From Elusimicrobiota bacterium (GTDB lineage: Bacteria > Elusimicrobiota > Elusimicrobia > UBA1565): a stretch of 64,000 nt of DNA. Position 1 is the first letter of the stretch. Each line of letters begins with the position of its first letter. The stretch is from contig JBDRPD010000060.1 of NCBI GenBank assembly GCA_043827405.1, positions 1-64,000 on the forward strand, in the 5' to 3' direction. Positions 17,895 through 27,721 of the stretch are shown here, one piece after another. The notes under the pieces are model-generated. The model searched no databases and had not been told where the DNA came from. It worked only from the letters and a program-made list of their open reading frames with translations. Position numbers and translations under genes: made by a program.

Positions 17895-19152
17895 GATCTG
17901 GGCCGTCGCCGCGACCGAATTCATCAACACCCTGTTCTCCAAGGGCTTTCTGCTCGCGGTTACACTAACGCCCATGATCGTCGGCGCTTCGCTGCTGGCA
18001 CAGAAATACCTCCGCGAGCATGCGAGCGCCGACCAATGGCGCTTCGCGATCATAGACCCGTCCGGCCGGCTGGCCCCCGCCATCATGGAAAGAGCGCGGC
18101 AACGCAACGCCGAGAAAGGCTTCCGGGAAGTCGACGGGAAGCGGCGTCAGGTCAAGACCTTGTTCGCCCCCTACCGGGCGGACTCGGCCGCCGGGCTCGC
18201 GGAAAAAATCCGCCGCGAGGAGCTCTTCGCCTACGTGCTCATCGCCCCCGACATCCTTGAACGCGAAACCGCGGACGCGCTGGTCTATCACACCGGCACC
18301 CCGACCAATATTACCCTGCCGCTGTGGCTCGAGCAGACGATGAATGAAGAACTGCGGCGCCTGCGCGTGGACGCGGCCGCGGTGGATCAGAACCTTTTTA
18401 AAAGCCTGATCCGTTTCGTCCCCATGGCGCGCAAAGACATCCACCGCGCCGGCGGCCCGAGCATCCACCTGGGCGCGACCTTCGGCGTTCCGGCGGCGGC
18501 GATGTTCCTCCTCTTCATCCTGGTCTTTATCAGCGCGCCGATGCTGCTGCACAGCATCCTGGAAGAAAAGCAGCAGCGCATCTGGGAGGTGCTGGTCTCC
18601 TCGGTGAGCCCGTTCGATCTCCTCCTGGGCAAACTGCTGGGCGCGGTCATGGTCTCCATGGTGCTGTCGGTCTTCTACCTGGGGGGCGCGGCCTTGTTCG
18701 CGCACCTGTTCGGCATCGCCCACGCCGTGCCGGCCTCGCTCTACGCCTGGTTTCTGTTCTACCAGCTCTTGGCCATGCTCATCTACGGATCGATGTTCTC
18801 CGCCATCGGCGCCGCCTGCTCCGAAATCCGCGACGCCCAAAGCCTGATGATGCCGGCGATGCTGCTGATCGTCCTGCCGATGTTCGGCTGGGTAACCATC
18901 CTGCGCGCGCCGACCAGCGCCTTCGCCAGCGCGCTGTCCCTGTTTCCGCCGGCGACGCCGATGCTGATGCTGCTGCGCATCGCGCTCCCCCCCGGACCCG
19001 CCGCCTGGGAGATCGCGCTGAGCATTCTCCTGACCTCGGCCTTCTCGCTGGCCTGCATCTGGGTCGCGGGCAAGATCTTCCGCGTCGGCATCCTGGCGCA
19101 AGGTCAGTCGCCGACCATCGGCCGGCTGATCTCCTGGATATCCACCCAATAA
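17887..19152 (+). CDS. ABC-2 exporter permease (YhaP/NatB-like)
   Basis: EEK-x-x-R-x-x-EVL-x-SS...LLLGKL motif; N-terminal TM, extracellular loop, several C-terminal TMs. Confidence 0.88.
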   Translation: MRRIWAVAATEFINTLFSKGFLLAVTLTPMIVGASLLAQKYLREHASADQWRFAIIDPSGRLAPAIMERARQRNAEKGFREVDGKRRQVKTLFAPYRADSAAGLAEKIRREELFAYVLIAPDILERETADALVYHTGTPTNITLPLWLEQTMNEELRRLRVDAAAVDQNLFKSLIRFVPMARKDIHRAGGPSIHLGATFGVPAAAMFLLFILVFISAPMLLHSILEEKQQRIWEVLVSSVSPFDLLLGKLLGAVMVSMVLSVFYLGGAALFAHLFGIAHAVPASLYAWFLFYQLLAMLIYGSMFSAIGAACSEIRDAQSLMMPAMLLIVLPMFGWVTILRAPTSAFASALSLFPPATPMLMLLRIALPPGPAAWEIALSILLTSAFSLACIWVAGKIFRVGILAQGQSPTIGRLISWISTQ

Positions 19153-19182
19153 AAAACGCGGCCGCGTCATCTGCGGCCGCGT
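19151..19182 (-). terminator. Intrinsic terminator after the histone gene
   Basis: ACGCGGCCGC-N7-GCGGCCGCGT stem with a T-run on the minus strand. Confidence 0.7.
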
Positions 19183-19207
19183 CATTTAGCTTCTCGTCAG
19201 GAACCGA

Positions 19208-19402
19208 TCAGCCGATGCAGAAGTCGTGTCCCCGCACGGTCTTGCGGCCGTTGGCCTTCGCGCGCTTGGTCGCCTGATCCACGTACCAGTACACCATCTC
19301 GTTGAGACCCTCGAGCGCGTCACCGGCGGTATTGCAGTTGGCGGCCTTGATCGCGGCCTTAACCTTGCTGCCTACGAGCAGAATTTCCTTCTTCTTAGCC
19401 AT
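19208..19402 (-). CDS. Bacterial histone-fold protein
   Basis: 64 aa: LLVGSKVKAAIK...NTAGDALEGLNE...ATKRAKANGRKTVRGHDF with the histone RKTV-x-x-x-D signature; SD AAGGAGG 9 nt before ATG 19402. Confidence 0.88.
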   Translation of the reverse strand: MAKKKEILLVGSKVKAAIKAANCNTAGDALEGLNEMVYWYVDQATKRAKANGRKTVRGHDFCIG

Positions 19403-19437
19403 TGGGTACATCCTCCTTTAAATTTGGCAACCGGGCC

Positions 19438-19443
19438 ATTATA
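19438..19443 (-). promoter_or_regulatory. -10 box of the histone promoter
   Basis: Perfect TATAAT about 35 nt upstream of the start codon. Confidence 0.6.
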
Positions 19444-19474
19444 GCGCATTCCTCTTCCCTGAACGCAAGCCCGC

Positions 19475-22381
19475 TCAATAGGGGAATAGATCGTCGACCT
19501 TCTTTTCCACCAGCTCGCCCAGCTTTTTCAGTTCCTCAAGATCGACCCGTTCGCGGCTGCCAAGGATGTAATAGGTCAGCGGGACATCGCTAAAGCGCGC
19601 GGCGAAGCGGCTGAGATCCGCCAGCGTATAGGCCTGCGCCCGCTCCATACGCCGCGGGCGGGGATCGAAGACGAGGCCGTGGTCCCGCCAGCTCATAACG
19701 GTCTGGGGCACCGCCCGGAACTTGACGGGATTGGTGCGATACTCCTCCACGATTGATTTCTGCGCCTCCGTGAAGCGTTCCTCCGATGCGGGAAAGTCGC
19801 GCAGCAGCTGCGCCAGCAGGACGGTGGCGCCGACCGTCTTGTCGGCCTGGGTGCCGAGACGGCCGAGCAGCCGGTTCTCATCGCCTTCACGCGCTCCGTA
19901 AACGTAGCCGCCCCAGGCCGAATAGGCGAGCGCGCGGGCCTCGCGCACTTCCTGGAACACGACCGAGCTCATCCCGCCGCCCATATACATCCGGTAGAAG
20001 GCGTAGTCGACGAACTCCTCCGCATTGAAGACCGTATCCGCCGCGTACATCCCGATCTGCGACTGCACCATGTCCCGGTGGACAAAAACGACTTTCGGCC
20101 GCTCGGTCCGCAGGTACTTTCGCGGCGTCCACGGCGGCGCGGGCTGATACGTACGGTCCGGCACCTGCAGGCTCTTGAGGACGCCCTGCGCCCGGCGCAC
20201 CCCCACATAGCCTACGTAGCGCCCATAATCAAAGACCGAGCCGAGCACTTCCACCAGCTCTTCGCGCGTCAGCCGGCCGAGAGCCTCGTCGGAGAGCTCG
20301 CTGAGCACCTCGCTGTCCTCCCCCCGCTGCGCGAACTCCGAGAGCGCGGTGGCGAGATATCGCGGGTCGACCTTATTATCCTTATGCTCGCCGGCCTTGA
20401 TCTCGACCATTTTGGCCAAGGTCCCCGCGGCGATATTGGGCTGCGCGAAGCGCAGGCGCATGAGCCGCAGCGCCTCGTCGTAGTGCTCCTCCAGGCCGCT
20501 CAAGACGATGAGCGACGTATCCTGGCCGCAATGCGTCGCGAACGTCAAGCCGCGGCGAAACAGCTCCTTCTTGAACTCCTCGGCCGGCATATCCCCGGCG
20601 CCCGCCAAATCCCACAACGACAGCGCCGCGCACAGCCGCGGCTCGTGCCGGCGTCCGCGGTAGAAGCGGAAACGGATTTCAAAAAGATCATTGACGGGGT
20701 TGTTCGCGTGAAACAGCTTGCCGAACGGCCGCGATATGATCTTATAGTCCTTGCCCGCCCGCAGCCATTTGGGCTCAATCTCGCCGGCGGGTGTGGCGAG
20801 GATCTCGCGCAGAAAGGCCGACTCGCGGGAGGCGTCGAGCTGGATCTTGGTAAAATCCGGCTTCTCGATGCCCGGGATTTCCGCCTTACCCTTCTCGCGA
20901 TAAGCCACGACGCGCCCGCCGCGCAGGTACTCCTTGGCGACACGGATCACGTCCTCCTTGGTTACCTTGCGAATGCGGTCGAGCCGGTCTACTTCGTCGG
21001 GCCATTCCCGGTAATGGATGAACGCCTCCATAATCCGGCTCACGCGGGAACGGTTTTCTTCGAGCTCCCGCTTGTAATGGATCTCGTAGTTGGTCACGAT
21101 GGCGCGCAGATCCTCGGCGGAGAAATCGCCCTCCTTGACGGCATCGGCCGTCTCCAGCAAGAGCTTTTCCGCTTCCTTAAGCGTCTGCCCCTGCTTGGGG
21201 ACAGCGTACATCTGCATGACCCCGGCCTCATTGAGCGCGTAGCCGAAAGCCCCCGCCTTTTTGACTTTCTGCGCCTGATTGAGGCGCAGATTGATCAAGC
21301 CGGACTCGCCGTTATCAAAGATCAGGCTCATAACCTGCAGGGCATCCGCGTCCGGATGATTGGCGCTAACCGTATGCCAGCCGATATAAAGCTTCTCCTC
21401 CGCCTCGTACTGCGCCTTAACATGCTTGGCGAAGCGCGGCTTCTTGATCTTGCGCTTCGACGGCTCCGGCAGGTCTTTCGGCTGCCAGCGCGCAAAGTAA
21501 TTCTGGATAATCTTAAGAGCTTCCTCGCGCTCGAAATCGCCCGACAGGATGATCGCCATATTATTGGGCACGTAGTAGCGGTGATAAAAGGCGTACATCT
21601 TGGCCATGGACGGATTCTTCAAATGCTCAATGGAGCCGAGCGTAGTACGTCCATAAGGATGCTCCTGGAAAAGCGCCCGGTCGAAGACTTCCCACAGGAT
21701 ACGATCCGGATCATCCTGTGAGCGGTTCTTTTCCTCATAAACGGTTTCAATCTCGGTTTGAAACAGCCGGAATACCGGCGCCGCGAAGCGATCCGACTCC
21801 AGCTTGGCCCAGGCTTCCAAGCGGTTTTTCGGCAGATCGCAGACATAAGCGGTGCGCTCGTTGCCGGTAAAGGCGTTGATGCTCCGGATGCCGAGTCTTT
21901 TATAAGCCTTGCTCAGTTCTTTGGTCGCCGCGTAGCGGCTGGCCTTCTGGTTTTCCTCGTCGATCGCCTTGTAGATCTCCGCGCGCTTGCCGGGGTCCTG
22001 CGCATCGAACAGGGTCTCGTAGAGCTCGGAGACCCGATCCAAATGGGGCTTCTCCTTGTCGTAGTCGATGGTTCCCAGTCGGCGGCTGCCCTTGAACATC
22101 ATATGTTCCAGGTAATGCGCCATGCCGGTGCTGTCCTCCGCATCCTGCGCCGAACCGGCGCGCACCGCAATCCACGCGGTAATGCGCGGCTCCAAGGGAT
22201 TCGGACTAAGGTAAACGGTCAACCCGTTCTTGAGCCGGTGCACCGTCACGTTCATCGGATCGCGCTCCAACGGGCGCTTAAGCTCCTGCGGCAGGCGGGA
22301 GGTCTTCTCCCAACGGGACCCCGCCGCCGCGCCGGCGCCCAACGACAACGCGCAGATCATCAACAGTATCCTTCGCAACAT
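19475..22381 (-). CDS. Exported M16-family zinc protease (PqqL-like)
   Basis: GMAHYLEHMMFKG (HxxEH), NAFT, four-domain length, signal peptide. Confidence 0.92.
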   Translation of the reverse strand: MLRRILLMICALSLGAGAAAGSRWEKTSRLPQELKRPLERDPMNVTVHRLKNGLTVYLSPNPLEPRITAWIAVRAGSAQDAEDSTGMAHYLEHMMFKGSRRLGTIDYDKEKPHLDRVSELYETLFDAQDPGKRAEIYKAIDEENQKASRYAATKELSKAYKRLGIRSINAFTGNERTAYVCDLPKNRLEAWAKLESDRFAAPVFRLFQTEIETVYEEKNRSQDDPDRILWEVFDRALFQEHPYGRTTLGSIEHLKNPSMAKMYAFYHRYYVPNNMAIILSGDFEREEALKIIQNYFARWQPKDLPEPSKRKIKKPRFAKHVKAQYEAEEKLYIGWHTVSANHPDADALQVMSLIFDNGESGLINLRLNQAQKVKKAGAFGYALNEAGVMQMYAVPKQGQTLKEAEKLLLETADAVKEGDFSAEDLRAIVTNYEIHYKRELEENRSRVSRIMEAFIHYREWPDEVDRLDRIRKVTKEDVIRVAKEYLRGGRVVAYREKGKAEIPGIEKPDFTKIQLDASRESAFLREILATPAGEIEPKWLRAGKDYKIISRPFGKLFHANNPVNDLFEIRFRFYRGRRHEPRLCAALSLWDLAGAGDMPAEEFKKELFRRGLTFATHCGQDTSLIVLSGLEEHYDEALRLMRLRFAQPNIAAGTLAKMVEIKAGEHKDNKVDPRYLATALSEFAQRGEDSEVLSELSDEALGRLTREELVEVLGSVFDYGRYVGYVGVRRAQGVLKSLQVPDRTYQPAPPWTPRKYLRTERPKVVFVHRDMVQSQIGMYAADTVFNAEEFVDYAFYRMYMGGGMSSVVFQEVREARALAYSAWGGYVYGAREGDENRLLGRLGTQADKTVGATVLLAQLLRDFPASEERFTEAQKSIVEEYRTNPVKFRAVPQTVMSWRDHGLVFDPRPRRMERAQAYTLADLSRFAARFSDVPLTYYILGSRERVDLEELKKLGELVEKKVDDLFPY

Positions 22382-22405
22382 AACAGCACCTTCCTTGTCT
22401 GCATT

Positions 22406-23821
22406 TTAAAATACGGCGCCGGGCGGAACACCTTCATTCTCGTTAAGCCAGCGCGCGGCGCAACGGCCGGACCGCACGCAGTCGGGGATGCCCACTCCCC
22501 GATAGGCCGCGCCCGCCAGAGCGAAGCCCGGCAGGCCGTCCACGCGCGCCTCAAGTCGCCGGATGCGCGCGGCATGACCGACATTGTACTGCGGATTAGC
22601 ATCGCGCCAGCGCGAGGTCCAGGTCGCCAGCGGCTCGACATCAAGCCCCAGCATGGACCGCAAATCCTCACGAACCGCGCGCACCAAAGCCGCGTCGCTG
22701 CCGTCGGCCGCCGACTCGCGGCCGGCGCCGCCCAAAAAGCAGCGGATCAGCGCCTTATCGGGGGGGACTCGCCCCGGAAACTTGGTAGAGGAGTAGGTCG
22801 CGGCCATGACGCGCGTCGGCTCGCGCCGGTCTACAACGAAGCCGAAGCCCGCCAGCGGGCCGGGCAGATCCTTCGCGCGATAGGATAGACTCACCGTCGC
22901 GGTGGTGCTGTAGGGAATGCCGCCGACTTCACCGCCGAGCTCCGCGTCCAGCGGGCGCAGAGCGGCGGCGATATGATTGGCCGGGGCGGCGGCGATGACG
23001 CGTTCCGCCGCATAAACCTGCCCCCCGGCCGTCGTAATCCGGTAGTTCCCGTCCGCGGCGCGCTCGATCTTTTCGGCCGCGGAATCCAGCTTAATCGCGC
23101 CTTCCGGCAGGCGTGCCGCGAGCTCTTCCGCCAGTCGCGACAGACCGCCGCGCAGAGCGACAAACATGGTCCATGCCTTGCCGTCCTTTTTCGGCGCCGG
23201 CCGCGCGGCGGCCGCGCGCATGCCGCGGATAATGCTGCCGTGCCTGCGCTCCAGGTCCACAAACTGCGGGAAGGTGCTCGCCATGCTCAGGCGGTCCGGG
23301 TCGCCGGCGAAGATGCCGGCGAGAATCGGCCCCACAATGACCTCCAGCGCCTCGCCGCCGAACCGCCGGCGCGCGAACCCCCCCATGGACTCATCGTCAT
23401 TCTCGGTCCGCGCCGGCACAAAATACTCCCAGCCCATCCGCAGCTTGGCGCCCCACCCGACGAGGTCGGAGGCCAGAAACGGCAGCACCTTGGTCGGCGC
23501 CATCAGCATCAGCCCTTCCGGCAGGCGGCGCAGCCGCTTGCGGGTATAGACGTAGACCTCCTTGCTCTCGCTGTTGGTCGGGATAAGGTCGGCTTCCAAA
23601 CCGAGCTCCCGCACCAGCTCGAGCGCCCAGGGCTTGGCGGTAATAAATGAATCGGGGCCGCCCTCAATGACCATATCGTCGGCCTGGTGGCTGAGGATCT
23701 TGCCGCCCAGGCGCGACGAGGACTCCAGCACCGTCACCGCGAAACGCCCGCCGCATGCCAGCTCGTAGGCGGCGGAGAGGCCGCTGATGCCCGCCCCGAT
23801 CACGACCGCCTTGGGCTTCAT
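22406..23821 (-). CDS. hemY: Proto/coproporphyrinogen oxidase (HemY/CgoX type)
   Basis: GAGISGL, EGGPDSF, GFGF, PQYNVGH, GVGIPDC. Confidence 0.92.
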   Translation of the reverse strand: MKPKAVVIGAGISGLSAAYELACGGRFAVTVLESSSRLGGKILSHQADDMVIEGGPDSFITAKPWALELVRELGLEADLIPTNSESKEVYVYTRKRLRRLPEGLMLMAPTKVLPFLASDLVGWGAKLRMGWEYFVPARTENDDESMGGFARRRFGGEALEVIVGPILAGIFAGDPDRLSMASTFPQFVDLERRHGSIIRGMRAAAARPAPKKDGKAWTMFVALRGGLSRLAEELAARLPEGAIKLDSAAEKIERAADGNYRITTAGGQVYAAERVIAAAPANHIAAALRPLDAELGGEVGGIPYSTTATVSLSYRAKDLPGPLAGFGFVVDRREPTRVMAATYSSTKFPGRVPPDKALIRCFLGGAGRESAADGSDAALVRAVREDLRSMLGLDVEPLATWTSRWRDANPQYNVGHAARIRRLEARVDGLPGFALAGAAYRGVGIPDCVRSGRCAARWLNENEGVPPGAVF

Positions 23822-24753
23822 GCGGCCGCCAGCTTTCCGCGCACAATATCCGCCAGCGCGGCGATAAGCCGCGGATGGTCATTAAGCGCCGCGGCGCGCT
23901 CAAAGCGCATCCCCGCTTTCTCGGCGGCGGCACGGTACAGAATATCGTCGTCGTATAACGTTTCCAGGTTCTCCGCGAGATAGCCGATCGGCGACAGAAT
24001 AACACTGCGGATCCCATCACGGGCCAACTGTTCAAGAACCTCGCCCGCATCGGGGCCAAGCCAGGCCTCCTTACCACTGCCGCCCCGGCTTTGATAGGCG
24101 AAAGACCAGCGGGTAAAACCCGTTTTTCGCGCCACCGCTTCGGCGGTGGCCCGCAGCGACTCCGGATAGGGGTCTCCCGCTGGAGCGGCGCGCTCCGGCA
24201 GACTGTGCGCGGTCATCAGGAGCGCCGTCTCCGGCCGCAGCCCCGCCGGCACGCGCGCTCCGGCTTCGCGTACCCTGTCGGCCAGGGCTTCAATCAACTG
24301 CGGGTGATCATGCCAGCTTTCGACGCCGAGCGTCCGCAGGCCGCCGCCGCAGGCGGCGGCCGCGCCGTCCGCGGCGTGCAGATACGCGCCGACGCTCAAT
24401 TTGGAATAATACGGGGACATGGCGAGGACGACGAGGGTCCGGCATCCGTCCGCGGCGGCCGCCTCGACCGCGGAGCGAATTGTCGGCGCCGAATGCTTCA
24501 TGCCGATGCGGACGCGAAGCCCCGCGCCCAGCTCCGCCTCAAGAGCGCCGGCCTGCGCGCGCGTAATATCGACCAGCGGCGAGCGGCCGCCGATAGCGCG
24601 GTAGCGCTCGCGAACATCGCTTACCAGGCGCTCGGGAACCTCGCGCCCGCCGAGCACATGCCGCAGGTAGCCGGGAACCTCGTCAAGATTTTCGGCCGCA
24701 CCGTAGGCCGCAAGGAGCACGGCGGCCGAGCCGTTTATTAAGACGCCGTCCAT
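23818..24753 (-). CDS. hemH: Ferrochelatase
   Basis: Y-x-x-IGGRSPL, AHSLPER, YQS, WLGP, LETLYD. Confidence 0.92.
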   Translation of the reverse strand: MDGVLINGSAAVLLAAYGAAENLDEVPGYLRHVLGGREVPERLVSDVRERYRAIGGRSPLVDITRAQAGALEAELGAGLRVRIGMKHSAPTIRSAVEAAAADGCRTLVVLAMSPYYSKLSVGAYLHAADGAAAACGGGLRTLGVESWHDHPQLIEALADRVREAGARVPAGLRPETALLMTAHSLPERAAPAGDPYPESLRATAEAVARKTGFTRWSFAYQSRGGSGKEAWLGPDAGEVLEQLARDGIRSVILSPIGYLAENLETLYDDDILYRAAAEKAGMRFERAAALNDHPRLIAALADIVRGKLAAA

Positions 24754-25760
24754 TCGTGGACCCAGTCCACCACGGCGCGGACATTGTCGGGCGGGGTCAT
24801 GGGCAGCACGCCGTGACCGAGGTTGAAGATGTGCCCGCGGCGGCCGGCGGCCTGCCGCAGCACCTCACGCACGCTCTTTTTCAGCTCATTTCTCGGCAGC
24901 AGAAGATGCACCGGGTCGAGGTTTCCCTGCACCGCACGGCCGCGGCCGATCCGCCGCCAAGCCTCGTCGAGCGGCAGCCGCCAATCCACACCGACGATAT
25001 CGCCCCCCGCATCGCGAAAGCTCTCGAGAAAATGCGCCGTCCCGGTCGCAAAATGCGCGACGGGCACGCCGGTGCGCGCCGCGGCGCTCAGCACGCGCCG
25101 GGAATACGGCAGCACATAGCGCTCGTACTCCGCACGGGTAAGCGCTCCGGCCCAGGAGTCAAACAGCTGCACCGCCTGCGCGCCGGCACGAACCTGAGCC
25201 TTAAGATAGGCGGCCGTCATGCGCGTCAGCTTATCCATAAGCTTGCGCCAAGAGGCCGGCGCCGCGCGCATCAACAGCTTGGTGCGGCGAAAATCCTTGG
25301 AGGGTCCGCCCTCGATCATATAGCTGGCAAGCGTAAAAGGAGCGCCCGCGAAGCCGATCAGTGCGACCTTGCCGTCCAGTTCGCGCCGCACCCGGCGGAT
25401 AGTCTCCAGGACAAACCCCAGCCCTTCTTCCGGATCGAACGCGCGCAGACGATCGATATCCCGCGCGCTGCGAACCGGCGGCGTGACGCGCGGACCTTCG
25501 CCGCTGAGAAACTGCAGCCGCAGCCCCAGCGGACGCACCGGCAGCAGGATGTCAGCGAACAGGATGGCGGCATCCACTTTAAGCCGGCGCACGGGCTGCA
25601 GCGTAACCTCCGCCGCCGCCTCGGGGTGCTCGCACAGCTCCAGGATGGAGTAGCGCCGGCGCAGCCGCCGGTACTCCGGCAGATAGCGGCCGGCCTGGCG
25701 CATAAACCAGACCGGCGTAGCGTCAGCTTTCTCTCGACGAGCGGCGCGGAGAAATCTCAT
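24738..25760 (-). CDS. hemE: Uroporphyrinogen decarboxylase
   Basis: PVWFMRQAGRYLPEY, FADIL, GAPFTLASY, QGNLDP, FNLGHG. Confidence 0.96.
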   Translation of the reverse strand: MRFLRAARREKADATPVWFMRQAGRYLPEYRRLRRRYSILELCEHPEAAAEVTLQPVRRLKVDAAILFADILLPVRPLGLRLQFLSGEGPRVTPPVRSARDIDRLRAFDPEEGLGFVLETIRRVRRELDGKVALIGFAGAPFTLASYMIEGGPSKDFRRTKLLMRAAPASWRKLMDKLTRMTAAYLKAQVRAGAQAVQLFDSWAGALTRAEYERYVLPYSRRVLSAAARTGVPVAHFATGTAHFLESFRDAGGDIVGVDWRLPLDEAWRRIGRGRAVQGNLDPVHLLLPRNELKKSVREVLRQAAGRRGHIFNLGHGVLPMTPPDNVRAVVDWVHEWTAS

Positions 25761-25953
25761 ATCCTTATCGTAACATTTTATACCGGGCCCAATGGGGAAG
25801 ACGCGGGGGAGTCTTTTAACGGGATTATATTACCCCAAAGCCCCAAGCGTTTTCTCCCCGCCGCGGGTACAATATCGACAGCATACGACGCACCGATTTC
25901 AGGGCCTCTCACCACCTCCGGGAGGCTCTGTTTTTTTGTACCATGGCGGCAGA

Positions 25954-26427
25954 ATGGCGGAAGCCAAAGAATTTAAACCGCTCAAGGAATTCGGCTCAAT
26001 CGAACTGGCCGAGAGTTCCCGGGTCCGATTTTACGTCGACGAGTATAAAGGGCATCCCTATGCCTCCATCCGCACCTTCGTCGACAGCGACTCCTACTCG
26101 GGTCCGACGAAGTCCGGCGTAACCCTGAATCCGAACCTGCTGACTTTGGTCATCGCGGAGCTCGAGAAGCTTCCCAAGGAGCCGCAGACGACCACCGACA
26201 TCGAGCTGGCACGGTTTCCCAAACGCACCGGGCTTGAGATCGTCCTGCGCATCACCATCTACCGCGACACGACAGGCATCGATATGCGCGAGTGGGTCGA
26301 CGACGGAACGTATAAGGGTTGGTCCAAGCGCGGCATCCGGATAGGCTACGAGGAGCTCGAGAGCATCATCCGCCACCTTAAGGAGATGCTCGCCTTCCTG
26401 CGGGACCGGCAGAAGAAGAAGTCCTGA
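25954..26427 (+). CDS. Tandem PC4/YdbC-like ssDNA-binding domain protein
   Basis: Two repeats: EYKG..YASIRTF...PTKSGVTL and YR....IDMREW...WSKRGIRI. Confidence 0.7.
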   Translation: MAEAKEFKPLKEFGSIELAESSRVRFYVDEYKGHPYASIRTFVDSDSYSGPTKSGVTLNPNLLTLVIAELEKLPKEPQTTTDIELARFPKRTGLEIVLRITIYRDTTGIDMREWVDDGTYKGWSKRGIRIGYEELESIIRHLKEMLAFLRDRQKKKS

Positions 26428-27229
26428 CCAGCCGGTCGATCCGGCGCATCAGCTCGCCGAAAAACTCCTGATTTCCCGCCCCCTCGAGCAGGCCCACGCC
26501 ATGGCCGCTGCGTGCGCTCAGCAGCGCGCTCTGACGGCCGCGCGCCCAGTCATGCAGCAAAAACAGGGTCTTGTACGCATAGGGATCGTCGCGTGCCGCG
26601 GCGGCGACAATCGGCCGCCGGAACTTCCGCGCGGACGGCTCGAGATAAACGCCCTGATAGTTTATGCCGGGCGACAGCAGTATCACGAATGGAACGACGG
26701 CGCGGCGCGCCGCGGCATGCAGGCAAAGGTTGGCGCCGATACTGGCGCCGGCCAGCACTATGCGCTCTTCCGTCACCCCCCGGCGCGCGAGAAAACCCAC
26801 TGCCGCGTCCAAATCCTTCTCGATGGCGATCCAGGCCGCGGAGCTCGCGAACGTGCGGTAGGACGCCCCTCCGGATTCGCCGTGGCCGCGGGCGTCCAAC
26901 GCCAGGCTGCCATAGCCTCTCGCCGCGAGCGTCGCCTGGAAAACCCGCCATTCCCCGCGCCCGGCGCCCAAGCCATGGAGCAGAATAAATACCGGCCCGC
27001 GCCGCGTTCCCGCCGCCGTATAATCAGCGGCGATGCGAATACCGTCCGTGGACTCAAAATGAACCGGCACGGCCAGCGCGCGCGAGGCCGCCGCTATAAA
27101 AAATAAAGCCAAAACAAGGATAAAACGAAAGGCCCAGCGACCATTGGGCCAAAATGCGCCGCCCCGCTGGGACCAAGGTCTCATGCCCGCCGAGCAATCT
27201 GGAGCTAACCTATAGCGATGCCGGATCAT
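26378..27229 (-). CDS. Alpha/beta hydrolase (start uncertain)
   Basis: LLHGLG, DARGHGES, GASIG nucleophile elbow, Asp (DDPY) and His (GHG). Confidence 0.85.
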   Translation of the reverse strand: MIRHRYRLAPDCSAGMRPWSQRGGAFWPNGRWAFRFILVLALFFIAAASRALAVPVHFESTDGIRIAADYTAAGTRRGPVFILLHGLGAGRGEWRVFQATLAARGYGSLALDARGHGESGGASYRTFASSAAWIAIEKDLDAAVGFLARRGVTEERIVLAGASIGANLCLHAAARRAVVPFVILLSPGINYQGVYLEPSARKFRRPIVAAAARDDPYAYKTLFLLHDWARGRQSALLSARSGHGVGLLEGAGNQEFFGELMRRIDRLVRTSSSAGPAGRRASP

Positions 27230-27715
27230 CGATTATGCTGGCTGCTGTCCGCCGCCGTGCTGCTCATGCTGCCGAGCGGCCGCGCGCAGTGCAATCCGCG
27301 CACCGACGCCGCGATCGCCCGCCTTCTTAATCCCAAGGTAGTTCGCGCTGAAGCGCTCCGTGACGCCGCGCACTCCGCCATCGCCCTGCGCGCATCTTCC
27401 ACTATCGAAGGCGATCAGGCCGCCCTGTCCAAAGTTTTCGACGGCACGCGCGCAACCGCGGCGGCGGCGGCCTCCCGCGGCCGCTATAATCGCCGCAACC
27501 GACTGCCGCTCGATTATTCTCAACTGCTCGAACATACCATGTCCCCATCCGGACCCGCTCAGCTGCGGGCGGCGGCCGCGCAGCCCTCCGTCCCCGAGCG
27601 CATCCAGGCATCCGTCAGCACCGCCTTCGGACCATTCCGCGCCCTCCTGGAGTATGCCTGGGGCGGGCAATGGACGGGAGCGGCTCTCCTGCACAGCGTA
27701 GACGGCAGCGGCTAA
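27218..27715 (+). CDS. Hypothetical secreted protein
   Basis: Signal-peptide-like N-terminus; fills the gap between flanking genes. Confidence 0.55.
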   Translation: MPDHRLCWLLSAAVLLMLPSGRAQCNPRTDAAIARLLNPKVVRAEALRDAAHSAIALRASSTIEGDQAALSKVFDGTRATAAAAASRGRYNRRNRLPLDYSQLLEHTMSPSGPAQLRAAAAQPSVPERIQASVSTAFGPFRALLEYAWGGQWTGAALLHSVDGSG

Positions 27716-27721
27716 GAGACG

